A DNA stretch of 64,000 nucleotides. It comes from an uncultured Gemmatimonadales bacterium (GTDB taxonomy: Bacteria > Gemmatimonadota > Gemmatimonadetes > Gemmatimonadales > GWC2-71-9). The DNA is taken from contig CAVVKJ010000006.1 of the NCBI GenBank assembly GCA_963748815.1, positions 91,800-155,799 of the forward strand. The letters are read 5' to 3'. The notes beneath the pieces were generated by a model. That model was not told the DNA's origin. It was given only the letters and a program-made list of their open reading frames with translations, and made no database searches. A program made the position numbers and the translations under genes. Within the stretch, counting starts at the first letter, position 1; every line of letters starts with the position of its first letter. Below, piece after piece: positions 20,740-30,701 of this stretch.

Positions 20740-22845
20740 TCAGGGTGCGAGCAGTACCCGCCCGTCCACCGCCACCGCGCGATCGGGGAAGGCGAGGAGC
20801 GGGTTCACGTCGAGCTCGGCAATTTGCGGAAAGTCCTCCGCGAGCAGCGAGAGGCGGAGCAACACCTCTTCGATGGCGCGGCGATCGGCGGGGGGCGAGC
20901 CGCGGAGCGCGTCGAGCAGCTTGACCCCTCGAAGCCCGGCGATCATGTCGGCCGCTTCCCGCCGGTTGATCGGCGCGACCCGAAAGACCACGTCCCGCAG
21001 CACTTCCACGAAGATGCCGCCCAGCCCGAACATGACCAGCGGGCCGAAGGACCGATCCCGGGTCACGCCGGCGATGGTCTCGCGTCCGCCGGTCACCATC
21101 TGCTGAACCAGCACGCCGTGGATGTTCGCCGTCGGCACCGCCCGGCGCGCCGACGCGACGATCTCGTCGTAGGCCGCCCGGACGTCGGCGGCGCCTTCGA
21201 CGCCCACCTTCACGCCGCCGACGTCCGTCTTGTGCACGATTTCCGGCGACACGATCTTCATCGCCACGGCACCACCCGCCTTCGCGGCGAGCGCCACCGC
21301 CTCGTCCGCATTCCGCGCCAGGTCCGCCGCGGCCGTGGGAATCCCATAGGCCCGGAGCAGCGCGAGCGACTCGACCTCGCCCAGCCGTGACTGCCCCGCC
21401 GCCTGGGCGTCGGCGAGCAGCCGCGCCGCCGCGTCCCGGTCGACCTTCAGCTGCTCGATCGGCGGCACCGGCCGCTCCATCCACTCCCGCTGGCGGCAGA
21501 GCGCGGACAGCGCGCGCGCCGCCGATTCCGGGAAGATGTAGGCCGGCACCCCCACCTCGTGCAGCTCGGCCTTCCCCTGCGGCAGCCCTTCGCGTCCCAT
21601 CAGCACCGCGAGTACCGGCTTGTCGGGATGGGCGCCCGCCACCGACGCGATCGCCTCGGCCACGTCCGCCTGCTTGATCCCGAGCGGCGGGACGAAGATG
21701 GCCAGGGCGGAGTCGACGTTCGGGTCGTCGAGCAGCGCGTCGAGCGCCGCCCGGTAGCCCGGCGGGGTGGCGCTCGCAATCATGTCGAGCGGATTCCGCA
21801 GCGACGCTTCCTCGGGGAAGAGCGGCTTGAGCCGCGCCACGGTCTCCGGCGCGAGTTCCGGCAGTTCGACCGAGACCCGCTCCAGCGCGTCCGCCGCCAG
21901 GATGCCGGGCCCGCCCGAGTTCGTGACCACGGCCGTCCGCCGCGACCGCGGCGTCCGGTCGTCCGAAAAGGCCATGGCCAGGTCGAAGAGCTCCTCCACC
22001 GTCTCCGCCCGGATCACCCCGGCCTGGGAGAGCATGGCGTCCACGAGCGTGTCGCTGGCGGCCAGCGCGCCGGTGTGCGACGAGGCGGCGCGGGCGCCGA
22101 CCTTCGACCGGCCCGACTTCACCACGATGATCGGCTTGGTGCGCGTGATGCGCCGCGCGATCTCGAGGAATTTCCGCGGGTTGCCGAAATTTTCGACGTA
22201 CATCAGGACCACGCCGACCGAGGGGTCCTGCTCCCAGTGCAGCAGGAGGTCGTTGCCGCTCACGTCGGGCTTGTTGCCCATCGAGACGAACTGGTTGATC
22301 CCGATGCCGTATTCCTTGGCGTAGTCGAGGACGCTCAGCCCCATCGCGCCCGACTGCGACACAAACGCCGCACGGCCGAAGGGGGGCATGCTCGGCGCGA
22401 AGGTCGCGTTCATCGAGTAGGCAGGATCGGCGTTGAGCACGCCCATGCAGTTCGGCCCGACCATGCGCATGCCGTACGTCCGCACGATCTCCATCAGCTG
22501 GCGCTCGCGCTCCACGCCTTCACCGCCGACTTCCCGGAACCCCGCCGAGATGACCGTCAGGCCCGGCACGCCCGCCTCGCCGCACTCGCGCGCGACGCCC
22601 AGCACGTGCTGCTTGGGGACCGTGATCACCGCCATGTCCACCTTGTCGGGGACGGCGCCGATAGTCGGATACGTTTTGAGGGAGTGAATCGAGTCGGCCT
22701 TCGGGTTCACCGGGAAGACGGTCCCGGTGAACCCGTAGTCGACGAGGTTGGAAACGATCTCGTTCCCGATGGTGTTCGGGGTCCGCGAGGCCCCGATGAC
22801 TGCCACGCGTCGCGGCCGAAGCACGCAATCCAGGGACGCGGTCAC
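20740..22845 (-). CDS. Acetate/acyl-CoA ligase (ADP-forming), fused alpha-beta
   Basis: AVIGAS, GPNC.G, SQSG, SSHTGALA (phospho-His), HKTDVGGV ATP-grasp; no GNAT domain. Confidence 0.92.
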   Translation of the reverse strand: MTASLDCVLRPRRVAVIGASRTPNTIGNEIVSNLVDYGFTGTVFPVNPKADSIHSLKTYPTIGAVPDKVDMAVITVPKQHVLGVARECGEAGVPGLTVISAGFREVGGEGVERERQLMEIVRTYGMRMVGPNCMGVLNADPAYSMNATFAPSMPPFGRAAFVSQSGAMGLSVLDYAKEYGIGINQFVSMGNKPDVSGNDLLLHWEQDPSVGVVLMYVENFGNPRKFLEIARRITRTKPIIVVKSGRSKVGARAASSHTGALAASDTLVDAMLSQAGVIRAETVEELFDLAMAFSDDRTPRSRRTAVVTNSGGPGILAADALERVSVELPELAPETVARLKPLFPEEASLRNPLDMIASATPPGYRAALDALLDDPNVDSALAIFVPPLGIKQADVAEAIASVAGAHPDKPVLAVLMGREGLPQGKAELHEVGVPAYIFPESAARALSALCRQREWMERPVPPIEQLKVDRDAAARLLADAQAAGQSRLGEVESLALLRAYGIPTAAADLARNADEAVALAAKAGGAVAMKIVSPEIVHKTDVGGVKVGVEGAADVRAAYDEIVASARRAVPTANIHGVLVQQMVTGGRETIAGVTRDRSFGPLVMFGLGGIFVEVLRDVVFRVAPINRREAADMIAGLRGVKLLDALRGSPPADRRAIEEVLLRLSLLAEDFPQIAELDVNPLLAFPDRAVAVDGRVLLAP

Positions 22846-23355
22846 CTAGCGCCGGCGTGCGCCGCCACGGTCGTCGTCCCGGGGACGGGACTTCGCGCGC
22901 TCCGCCGCGTCCTTCGCGGCCTGCCGGAGCATTTCCTCGGGCGACTTCGGGTTGGCCCCGGGACGCGGCGCCCCCGACTTGAGGGTGATGGTGCCGTCGT
23001 CATTGCCGACCGTCAGCGGCCGACCGCCGCGGACTTCGTAGGCCCCGACCACGTCCTCACCCATGAATGCGGCGTTCTTGATCCGCTCGAGCAGCGCCTC
23101 GCGCGTCGGCAATCCCTCGCACGACGACAGCGGCACGCCGCTCGCCGAGTTGACACGGATCACGACCGCGTACTTGGCGCCCGCCAGATCCTTGTTCGAT
23201 CGGAGTTCGGTCCCCGCGGCCTCGCGCGCCCAGCGCAACGCCTCCTGCTCCTGCGCGTTCAGTCCTTCGCTCGAGTCCGTGCCGGACCCGCCGCGCTTGT
23301 CCTTACCGCGTCGGTTCTGCCGAAGGCGCTGCAAATACATCGGTTCGTCGCTCAC
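22846..23355 (-). CDS. Hypothetical protein
   Basis: GGGAGGG RBS before GTG; GC3-biased codons; abuts the ligase start. Confidence 0.7.
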   Translation of the reverse strand: MSDEPMYLQRLRQNRRGKDKRGGSGTDSSEGLNAQEQEALRWAREAAGTELRSNKDLAGAKYAVVIRVNSASGVPLSSCEGLPTREALLERIKNAAFMGEDVVGAYEVRGGRPLTVGNDDGTITLKSGAPRPGANPKSPEEMLRQAAKDAAERAKSRPRDDDRGGARRR

Positions 23356-23640
23356 CCTGCCCTCCCTGCGCCTGAAGAATGCTGCTAGGTGGCGGCAGGA
23401 TAAGCTGTTACCCCAAGAGACACAAGGAGTTGCGGGCCATTGAGCCACCCGATCTCTGCCCATTCACCCCGGCCCCCACCTGTTTCATCGCCGCGACAGC
23501 ACTTGCACATCGCCGCAATAAATTGACAGCGCAAAATGCATACTATTGCAATTAAAGGAGTTATAACTGGCCTGAGTGTTGCTTGTATTGACGGTAGGGC
23601 AATTATTGTCGAGCGCCCGCCGTTTCTCATTGGGGGCAGC

Positions 23641-25449
23641 ATGTACCGCATCCGACTCGTCACCGGCCAGGAGCAGGTCTACCCGTCGATCCAGGACCTC
23701 ACCGCCGGCGTGCAGCGCGGCGAGGTCACGGCCGACGCCGAGATCTATCACCAGCGCAGCGATCGCTGGCTCTCCATCGAGAGTCATCCGCACTACCGGA
23801 TGGCGCTCGAGGGCGGCACGGCCACGCGGACATCACGCCTCAAGTTCACCCGCCCGTCGAGCCCCGCCTCCACGTCCGGAGTATTGCCGACCCCGGTGGC
23901 GCAGAAGCCCGACCAGGGCGACCTCGAAGAGCTCAACCGCCTGCTCGTCCTCCTCGACCCGCTCCCGACGCCCGCCCAGCGCGCAGAACCCGAGCCGCCG
24001 CCGGCGCATTCGCCCCCGGAATTGACGCTGGTTCGCCCGGAGCCGATGGAACAGCCGGTCGCCTCCGACAACCCGGAGCCGGTGTTCGGGACGATGCTGC
24101 GGCTCGAGGATCTCGAGTTGGCCCCGGCCGCTGAGCCGGATGACGCCGAAATACTCTCGATGGAAGTAATCCGGGACGCGCGAGTCCTGAGCGACGAAGC
24201 CGAAGCCGTCGTGGAGCCGGCTCCCCCTGTCGAGGCGTCCGTAGAGCCGATCGAGGTGATCGCGCCCTCCGACCTCGGCCTGCCAATCGAGATCCATCTC
24301 GATGAAATTCCGGTCCCGTTAGAGGCCGAACCAGTTGCAGCGACCGAAGCCGTTGCCGAGGCCGACGCGCTCGTGCGGAAGGAGGATCTCCCCCCGGTAG
24401 ACGAAGAGCCGGAGGCTGACCCGGCGCCCTTCGCCGTGGCCGCCCTCGCGCCGACGGTGGAATTCGGCACGGTGGCCCAGTCCGGCGGGGCAGCCGAAGC
24501 CGCCGTTCCTGCCCGCCGACGGTTCAGCCCGATGCTGTACGTCGCGGCAGCAGCGATTGTCGCCGCCGCCATCTTCGCGTTCACCTCGGGCGGTTCCGAC
24601 GCGGAGCAGAGCATGGTGACCCTCGCGTCGGCCACAGCCCCCGCGGCCGCCGCCGCGCCGCTCACCTCGATCGACTCCGGCCTGGCCGCCCCGACTCCTG
24701 CGGCCTCCGGTGTCGGGTTTCCCGTCCCGGCAACGTCCACGGCATCATCGCCCGCCGCCCCGCCGCGCGACAGCGGTGTCTCCGGCGGAGTCCTGCCAAG
24801 CGCCCCGCAGATCGACCTGCCGAGTGGCGGGGCCGCTGAAGTGAGCGCGGGCACCGCCGCGACGCGGGACCATTCGGGCGCCGGGGCCGAACTGGCGAAG
24901 GGGTACTCCCGCGCCTACGCCCTGCTCGACGGCGACTTCTCGACCCAGATGGACCGCAGCGGCCTGGTCCGCCTCTTCAGCCAGACCCAGCTGACCACGA
25001 GTGACGGCCTCGCCGGCGCGCGCCGCGCGCTCGATGCGGCCGCGACCGCGGTACGCCAATACCATGTTCGGGAAGGGGCCATCGAGAAGGCCTACCAGGA
25101 CTCCGCCCGCGCGCTGGAGCGCAACGGCGCCTCAGCATCCGACCTCCGCGACTGGATCACGCACGTGTCGCTGAAGGAGTCCAAGGAAGCCGCGGACGAG
25201 GGCGCGCGGCTCATCGGCCAGATCGACGCGGTCTTCGCGCTGCTGCAGGCCCAATCCGGCCGGTACCGGATCGACGGCGCCACCGTGCGGTTCGACAATG
25301 CCGACGCCGGGGCGCGCTATGCCGAGTTGCAGGGCTGGATTACCCGGCGCCTCGAACACTGGGCGGGCCAGCCTGCCTCGTCGGTGCCGACGACCGTCCG
25401 ACCACTCCTCGAAGGGATCGGGCTCACCCGACTCCCCATCTCCCGCTGA
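23641..25449 (+). CDS. Bitopic membrane protein: GYF-like N-domain, acidic Pro-rich linker, TM, helical C-domain
   Basis: G.V...AEIY......W....HP pattern; E/P/A low-complexity region; TM MLYVAAAAIVAAAIFAF. Confidence 0.7.
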   Translation: MYRIRLVTGQEQVYPSIQDLTAGVQRGEVTADAEIYHQRSDRWLSIESHPHYRMALEGGTATRTSRLKFTRPSSPASTSGVLPTPVAQKPDQGDLEELNRLLVLLDPLPTPAQRAEPEPPPAHSPPELTLVRPEPMEQPVASDNPEPVFGTMLRLEDLELAPAAEPDDAEILSMEVIRDARVLSDEAEAVVEPAPPVEASVEPIEVIAPSDLGLPIEIHLDEIPVPLEAEPVAATEAVAEADALVRKEDLPPVDEEPEADPAPFAVAALAPTVEFGTVAQSGGAAEAAVPARRRFSPMLYVAAAAIVAAAIFAFTSGGSDAEQSMVTLASATAPAAAAAPLTSIDSGLAAPTPAASGVGFPVPATSTASSPAAPPRDSGVSGGVLPSAPQIDLPSGGAAEVSAGTAATRDHSGAGAELAKGYSRAYALLDGDFSTQMDRSGLVRLFSQTQLTTSDGLAGARRALDAAATAVRQYHVREGAIEKAYQDSARALERNGASASDLRDWITHVSLKESKEAADEGARLIGQIDAVFALLQAQSGRYRIDGATVRFDNADAGARYAELQGWITRRLEHWAGQPASSVPTTVRPLLEGIGLTRLPISR

Positions 25450-25483
25450 CACGACGGCCGCCTCCGGGCGGCCGCTTCGTTTC

Positions 25484-25521
25484 CCTCCCGACTCTTGCGC
25501 CCCGGAGTCCGGGAGGTTTTT
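25484..25521 (+). terminator. Probable intrinsic terminator
   Basis: CCTCCCG.ACTC...GAGTCCGGGAGG followed by TTTTT. Confidence 0.5.
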
Positions 25522-25563
25522 ATCAGGGGTTACAACGGACGTAACCCGTTACAGGAGATTGTG

Positions 25564-26487
25564 ATGCGCATCACGTTCCAGCCCCGCGTGGTGGGATTTC
25601 TGGCTCTGGCGGCTCTGACTCTGAGCGCCTGCACATCCCCCGCCGAAAAGAAGAAGCAGCAGGACGAGCTCCAAATGCAGCTGGATCAGGTGACAGCCCT
25701 CTCGGCGGAAAAGGACACGCTGCTGCAGGCCGTGGCCGAGAATGCGCGTCTGATGAACGAGATCAACGCCGAGATGGCGAAGGTCAAGGATCTCAAGGCG
25801 GGCGTCTCGCCGGTGGTGGGGTCGGAAGGCGGCCAGCAGCCGGAGGCCGACCAGCGCGCCATCGTCCTGGCGCGGGTCAAGGAAATGACTGAGCGGCTGA
25901 ACGACGCGGAGACGCGGCTCGCGGCGAGCCAGGCACGCATCCGCCGGCTCAACAAGCAGGGCGACAGCCTGAAGACCGACCTCTCGTCGCTCGAAACGGC
26001 CGTCGCCGAGTACCAGCAGATGATCGCGACCCAGCGGGTCGAGATCGCCACGATGAGCGAGCAGCTCGCCACCAGCCAGCAGGAAGTGGCCGCGCTCTCG
26101 GTCGAGAAGAAGGAACTCATCGACACTGTCACGGCCATCACCGACCGCAGCAACACGGTGTACTACGTGATCGGCACGAAGGACTCGCTCAAGGCCAAGG
26201 GGATCATCGTCGAGGAGGGTGGATCGAAGATCCTCTTCTTCGGCAGCAAGGCCATGCAGCCCGCCCGGGTGCTGAACGAGGCCGACTTCACCGCCGTCGA
26301 CCGGCGGGTGGTCATGGAAATTCCGTCGCCGATGACGACCGAGCGGTACAAGATCGTGTCGCGGCAGAACACCGACTACATCGAAAACAAGCCGGATTCG
26401 AAGGGCCGGGTCACCGGCGGCGTGAAGATCGCCTCGCCCGAAGGCTTCTGGGCGCCGTCGAAGTTCTTGATCCTCGTCATCGACTGA
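25564..26487 (+). CDS. Coiled-coil lipoprotein, Cbp1-like
   Basis: Lipobox LSAC; long coiled coil; YYVIGT...L..KGII and FW..SKFL.LV C-terminal domain. Confidence 0.72.
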   Translation: MRITFQPRVVGFLALAALTLSACTSPAEKKKQQDELQMQLDQVTALSAEKDTLLQAVAENARLMNEINAEMAKVKDLKAGVSPVVGSEGGQQPEADQRAIVLARVKEMTERLNDAETRLAASQARIRRLNKQGDSLKTDLSSLETAVAEYQQMIATQRVEIATMSEQLATSQQEVAALSVEKKELIDTVTAITDRSNTVYYVIGTKDSLKAKGIIVEEGGSKILFFGSKAMQPARVLNEADFTAVDRRVVMEIPSPMTTERYKIVSRQNTDYIENKPDSKGRVTGGVKIASPEGFWAPSKFLILVID

Positions 26488-26515
26488 CCGGACGCCATCG
26501 GGCGTCCCGGGCACG

Positions 26516-26554
26516 ACGGGGCGCGGTCGGGGCACAGCCCCGATCGCGCCCCGT
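26516..26554. terminator. Hairpin between convergent genes
   Basis: ACGGGGCGCGGTCGGGGC pairs with GCCCCGATCGCGCCCCGT. Confidence 0.6.
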
Positions 26555-26562
26555 TCGCGTTC

Positions 26563-27324
26563 CTACTTTTCCAACAGCAACCGGCGTCGCTTGGGCGGGA
26601 CCCACGAGGCCGGCAGGGCAGCGACCCCCTGCTGGATCGCGGCCACCGCCTCGTCGAGCGAGTCGGTCACCGTGAGGAGATCGAGGTCCCCCGGGCCCAC
26701 CATGCCCCTCGCCGCCAGCGTGTCCCGCAGGAATTCGCACAACGGCCGCCAGTACTCCGTTCCCATCAAGACCACGGGAAACGCCGCAATCTTTCCCGTC
26801 TGGACCAGCGTGAGCGATTCGAACAGCTCATCCAGGGTGCCGAACCCCCCGGGCAGCACGACGAACGCGACGCTGTACTTGACCAGCATCACCTTGCGGA
26901 CAAAGAAGTACCGGAAGGTGATGAACCGGTCCACGTACGGGTTCGGATGCTGCTCGTGCGGAAGTTCGATGTTGCAGCCGATGGAGCGGCCCCCCGCCTC
27001 GTGCGCCCCGCGGTTCGCTGCCTCCATGATGCCGGGACCGCCGCCAGTCATCACGGTATACCCCAGCTCCGCCACCCGGGCCCCCATGGCGCGGGCCAGC
27101 TGGTAGTGGGGGTCGTCCTCGGCGACCCGGGCCGACCCGAAGACCGTCACGCACGGCCCGACGAAGTGGAGCGCGCGGAACCCGCGCAGGAACTCCGCCG
27201 CGATGCGGCCCAGCCGGGCCAGTTCGCTGAGCCGGGAGCCCGGCCCGGCCAGCCAGTCGCGGATCTCGGGGAGGCCGGGCCCGGTCGGCCAGGGGCCATT
27301 GAATGGTTCGTTGGGGTCGGTCAT
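26563..27324 (-). CDS. LOG family (TIGR00730) nucleotide phosphoribohydrolase
   Basis: TGGGPGIMEAAN, FFVRKVM, PGGFGTLDE. Confidence 0.93.
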   Translation of the reverse strand: MTDPNEPFNGPWPTGPGLPEIRDWLAGPGSRLSELARLGRIAAEFLRGFRALHFVGPCVTVFGSARVAEDDPHYQLARAMGARVAELGYTVMTGGGPGIMEAANRGAHEAGGRSIGCNIELPHEQHPNPYVDRFITFRYFFVRKVMLVKYSVAFVVLPGGFGTLDELFESLTLVQTGKIAAFPVVLMGTEYWRPLCEFLRDTLAARGMVGPGDLDLLTVTDSLDEAVAAIQQGVAALPASWVPPKRRRLLLEK

Positions 27325-27464
27325 CCCGACAATCTCCCATGGGGCCGCCCCCCGGCGCAAACCGCGGGCCCCTCCTCCATCCCCGCCTCCCGGTGTATCT
27401 TGTGGCCCGGCAGCACGGCCCGCCGACCGGGCCGGCACACTCCAACGCAGGGAACGCAGATCTC

Positions 27465-28022
27465 ATGAAGGCAACCGATGTCCGCAAGGGCCACGTCATC
27501 CTGATCGAGGGGCAGCCGTGCCGCGTGATGGATTTCACGCACCGCACCCCCGGCAACCTCCGCGCGTTCGTGCAGGTGCGGTTTCGGAACCTGATTTCCG
27601 GCAACACCTTCGACACCCGCCTCAACGCCTCGGACTTCGTCGATCAGGCCCGGCTCGACACCAAGGAAATGCAGGTGCTCTACCAGGACGGCCAGGGCAC
27701 CCACATCATGGACCAGGACACGTACGACCAGGTCACGCTGGACCAGGAAGTGACCGGCGACATGACCCCCTGGCTCCAGCCCGAGATGAAGTTCATGGTC
27801 GAGTGGCTCGGCGGAAAGCCGATCGCCATCAACCTGCCGACCACCATCGAGCTCGAGGTGGTCGAAACGGCGCCGGCCATGAAGACCGCCACCAAGAACG
27901 CAAGCAGCAAGCCGGCGGTGCTCAGCAACGGTGTCACCGTCAACGTCCCCGAATTCGTGAACCAGGGCGAGCGGGTCCGCGTCAATCCGAACACCGGCGA
28001 ATACCTCGAGCGCGCCAAGTAG
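27465..28022 (+). CDS. efp: Elongation factor P
   Basis: KOW and OB domains; KPA.L.NG..V.VP.FV..GE...V..TGEYLER C-terminus. Confidence 0.95.
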   Translation: MKATDVRKGHVILIEGQPCRVMDFTHRTPGNLRAFVQVRFRNLISGNTFDTRLNASDFVDQARLDTKEMQVLYQDGQGTHIMDQDTYDQVTLDQEVTGDMTPWLQPEMKFMVEWLGGKPIAINLPTTIELEVVETAPAMKTATKNASSKPAVLSNGVTVNVPEFVNQGERVRVNPNTGEYLERAK

Positions 28023-28048
28023 GCGCCCGCCCCGCGGTCGTTCGCTTC

Positions 28049-28084
28049 GAAGGCCTCGCACCCCGGTGCGGGGCCTTCTATCTT
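28049..28084 (+). terminator. efp terminator
   Basis: GAAGGCCTCGCACC pairs with GGTGCGGGGCCTTC, then TATCTT. Confidence 0.65.
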
Positions 28085-28119
28085 GAGGGACCTCCCCCTC
28101 CCGACACCGGAGCCTCCGC

Positions 28120-29895
28120 ATGCAGTTGGTGACGCTGGACTGGGTCATCGTCGTCCTGTCGCTCGCGGTCGCGTTCCTCCCCGCCGTCCTGCTCGCCCGC
28201 CGCGCGGGCTCCAGCACCGCCGAGTTCTTCACCTCGGGCCGCGCCGCGCCCTGGTGGCTGATCGGCGTCTCGATGGTGGCCACCACCTTCAGCACCGACA
28301 CCCCGAACCTGGTGACCAACCTGGTGCGCGAGCACGGGGTCGCCAACAACTGGCTCTGGTGGTCGTTCCTCCTCACCGGCATGGCGACGGTGTTTTTCTA
28401 TGCCCGGCTCTGGCGGCGCTCGGGCGTGCTCACCGACCTCGAGTTCTACGAAATTCGCTACGCCGGCCGCCCCGCCCAGCTGGTGCGCGGCTTCCGCGCC
28501 ATCTACCTGGGGCTGTTCTTCAACTGTGTCATCATGGCCACCGTCAACCTGGCCGCGGTCAAGATCGCCAACGTGATCCTCGGCTGGCCGATGTGGCAGA
28601 CGCTCGTGATCTGCGCCGGGCTCAACATCGCCTTTGCCGCCACCGCCGGCCTCTGGGGTGTGCTGGTGACCGACCTGATCCAGTTCGGCATCGCCATGGC
28701 CGGCTCCTTCGCCGCGGCGTACTTCGCGCTGCAGCAGCCGGAGGTTGGCGGACTCAGCGGGCTGATGACCCGGCTCGACCCCGGCACCCTCCAGCTGCTG
28801 CCCGATTTCGGCGACTGGCAGCTCGCCCTCTCGGTGCTCATCATCCCGATCACGGTGCAGTGGTGGAGCGTCTGGTATCCAGGCGCCGAGCCGGGCGGCG
28901 GGAGCTACATCGCGCAGCGGATGCTCGCCGCCCGCACCGAGCGCGACGCGATGGCCGGCACGCTTTTCTTCAACGTGGCCCACTACGCCCTGCGGTCATG
29001 GCCCTGGATCATCGTGGCCCTGGCATCGCTCCTGGTCTACCCGCAGCTCTCCGACATCGCGGTGAGCTTCCCGAACGTCGACCCGGCGCTGATCGGCCAC
29101 GACATGGCCTATCCCGCCATGCTCAAGTTCCTCCCCGTCGGGTGGCTCGGCCTCATGGTGGCCGGACTGCTGGCCGCGTACGTCTCCACCATCGCGACGC
29201 ACCTGAACTGGGGCACCTCCTACCTGGTGCACGATCTCTACCGCCGGTTCATGCGGACCGACGCGAGCGAGCGGCACTACGTGATGATGGGCCGGATCGT
29301 GACGGCGCTGCTCATGGTCCTCGCGGCGGGACTGACCTTCGTGCTGGAGACGGCCAGCCAGAGCTTCCAGCTCCTCCTGTCGATCGGCGCCGGGACCGGC
29401 CTCCTCTACCTGCTGCGGTGGTTCTGGTGGCGGATCAACGCCTGGAGCGAGGTCAGCGCGATGGTCAGCTCCTTCCTCCTCGCGGCCGGGTTCCTCTACG
29501 GGCAGAAGCATGGCTTCCCCATGGACGCGACGCTCCAGCTGCTCCTGAGCGTCGGCATCACGACGGTCGTCTGGGTCACCGTCACCCTCCTGACCGCGCC
29601 GACCGAACGCAGCACGCTGCTGAGCTTCTTCAGGCTCGTCCGCCCCGCCGGCCCCGGCTGGCGGGCGGTGCAGGTCGAGGCGGGGGTGCCCCCCTCGCCC
29701 GACAGCCTCCCGATGGCCTTCCTCGGCTGGGTGCTCGGCTGCACCGCGGTGTACTCGGCGCTCTTCGGCGTCGGGAGCCTCCTCTACGGTCGCACACCGC
29801 AGGGGCTCATCTTCATGGCGGTGTTTGCCCTCACATCGTGGTGGCTCGCGAAGTTGCTCCCCGCCATGTGGGGTGGGGCGGGCCGGGCGGAGTGA
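28120..29895 (+). CDS. Sodium:solute symporter (SSS) family
   Basis: FF..GR..PWW..G.SMVATTF..DTP, YIAQRM, AAY.ST; about 14 TM. Confidence 0.92.
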   Translation: MQLVTLDWVIVVLSLAVAFLPAVLLARRAGSSTAEFFTSGRAAPWWLIGVSMVATTFSTDTPNLVTNLVREHGVANNWLWWSFLLTGMATVFFYARLWRRSGVLTDLEFYEIRYAGRPAQLVRGFRAIYLGLFFNCVIMATVNLAAVKIANVILGWPMWQTLVICAGLNIAFAATAGLWGVLVTDLIQFGIAMAGSFAAAYFALQQPEVGGLSGLMTRLDPGTLQLLPDFGDWQLALSVLIIPITVQWWSVWYPGAEPGGGSYIAQRMLAARTERDAMAGTLFFNVAHYALRSWPWIIVALASLLVYPQLSDIAVSFPNVDPALIGHDMAYPAMLKFLPVGWLGLMVAGLLAAYVSTIATHLNWGTSYLVHDLYRRFMRTDASERHYVMMGRIVTALLMVLAAGLTFVLETASQSFQLLLSIGAGTGLLYLLRWFWWRINAWSEVSAMVSSFLLAAGFLYGQKHGFPMDATLQLLLSVGITTVVWVTVTLLTAPTERSTLLSFFRLVRPAGPGWRAVQVEAGVPPSPDSLPMAFLGWVLGCTAVYSALFGVGSLLYGRTPQGLIFMAVFALTSWWLAKLLPAMWGGAGRAE

Positions 29896-30701
29896 ACCGC
29901 GCCGTCATCCTGGCCCGCGGGCTGGGCCGCCGGATGCGACAGGCCGTTCCCGGCGCCACGCTCGAGCCCGGCCAGGACGCCGCCGCCGACCAGGGGATCA
30001 AGGGCATGATCCCCATCGGCCGGCCCTTCCTCGACTACCTCCTCTCCTCGCTCGCGGATGCCGGGTTCACGAAGGTCTGCCTCGTGATCGGCCCAGAACA
30101 CCAGTCGGTGCGCGACTACTACGGCGCACCCGGCCGCCTCCACCGGATCGACCTCAGCTTCGCCACCCAGGCAGAACCCCGGGGCACCGCCGACGCCGTG
30201 CTCGCGGCGGAGGCGTTTGCCGGCGAAGAGCTCTTCCTGGTCTGCAACGCCGACAACTACTACCCAGCGAACGTGCTGGCGGCGCTGCGCGCACTCGACC
30301 AGCCGGGATTGGCCGGGTTCGAACGGAAGGCCCTCGTCGAGCAGAGCAATATCCCCGCCGACCGCGTCAACCAGTTTGCCCTCCTCGCCGAAGACCCCGA
30401 GGGGCACCTCGTCGACATCGTCGAGAAGCCCGACGCGGCCACCGCCGCGCGACTCGGCCCCGCCGCCCTGGTCAGCATGAACGCCTGGGTCTTCGGACCG
30501 GACATCTTCGAGGCCTGCCGGCACGTGACCCCGTCGGTCCGCGGCGAACTCGAGATTCAGGATGCGGTGCGCAACGCCATGCGGGTCCTCGGCACCAGGT
30601 TCGCCGTCGTGCCGGTACGCGCCGGCGTGCTCGACCTCTCGAACCGCGGAGACATCGCCGCCGTGGCCGAGCGCCTGAAGGACACCGAGGTCCGGCTCTG
30701 A
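29892..30701 (+). CDS. Sugar-1-phosphate nucleotidyltransferase
   Basis: ILARGLGRRM, K.M.PI, GTADAV, NADN, EKP, RGELEI (RmlA-like). Confidence 0.88.
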   Translation: MNRAVILARGLGRRMRQAVPGATLEPGQDAAADQGIKGMIPIGRPFLDYLLSSLADAGFTKVCLVIGPEHQSVRDYYGAPGRLHRIDLSFATQAEPRGTADAVLAAEAFAGEELFLVCNADNYYPANVLAALRALDQPGLAGFERKALVEQSNIPADRVNQFALLAEDPEGHLVDIVEKPDAATAARLGPAALVSMNAWVFGPDIFEACRHVTPSVRGELEIQDAVRNAMRVLGTRFAVVPVRAGVLDLSNRGDIAAVAERLKDTEVRL

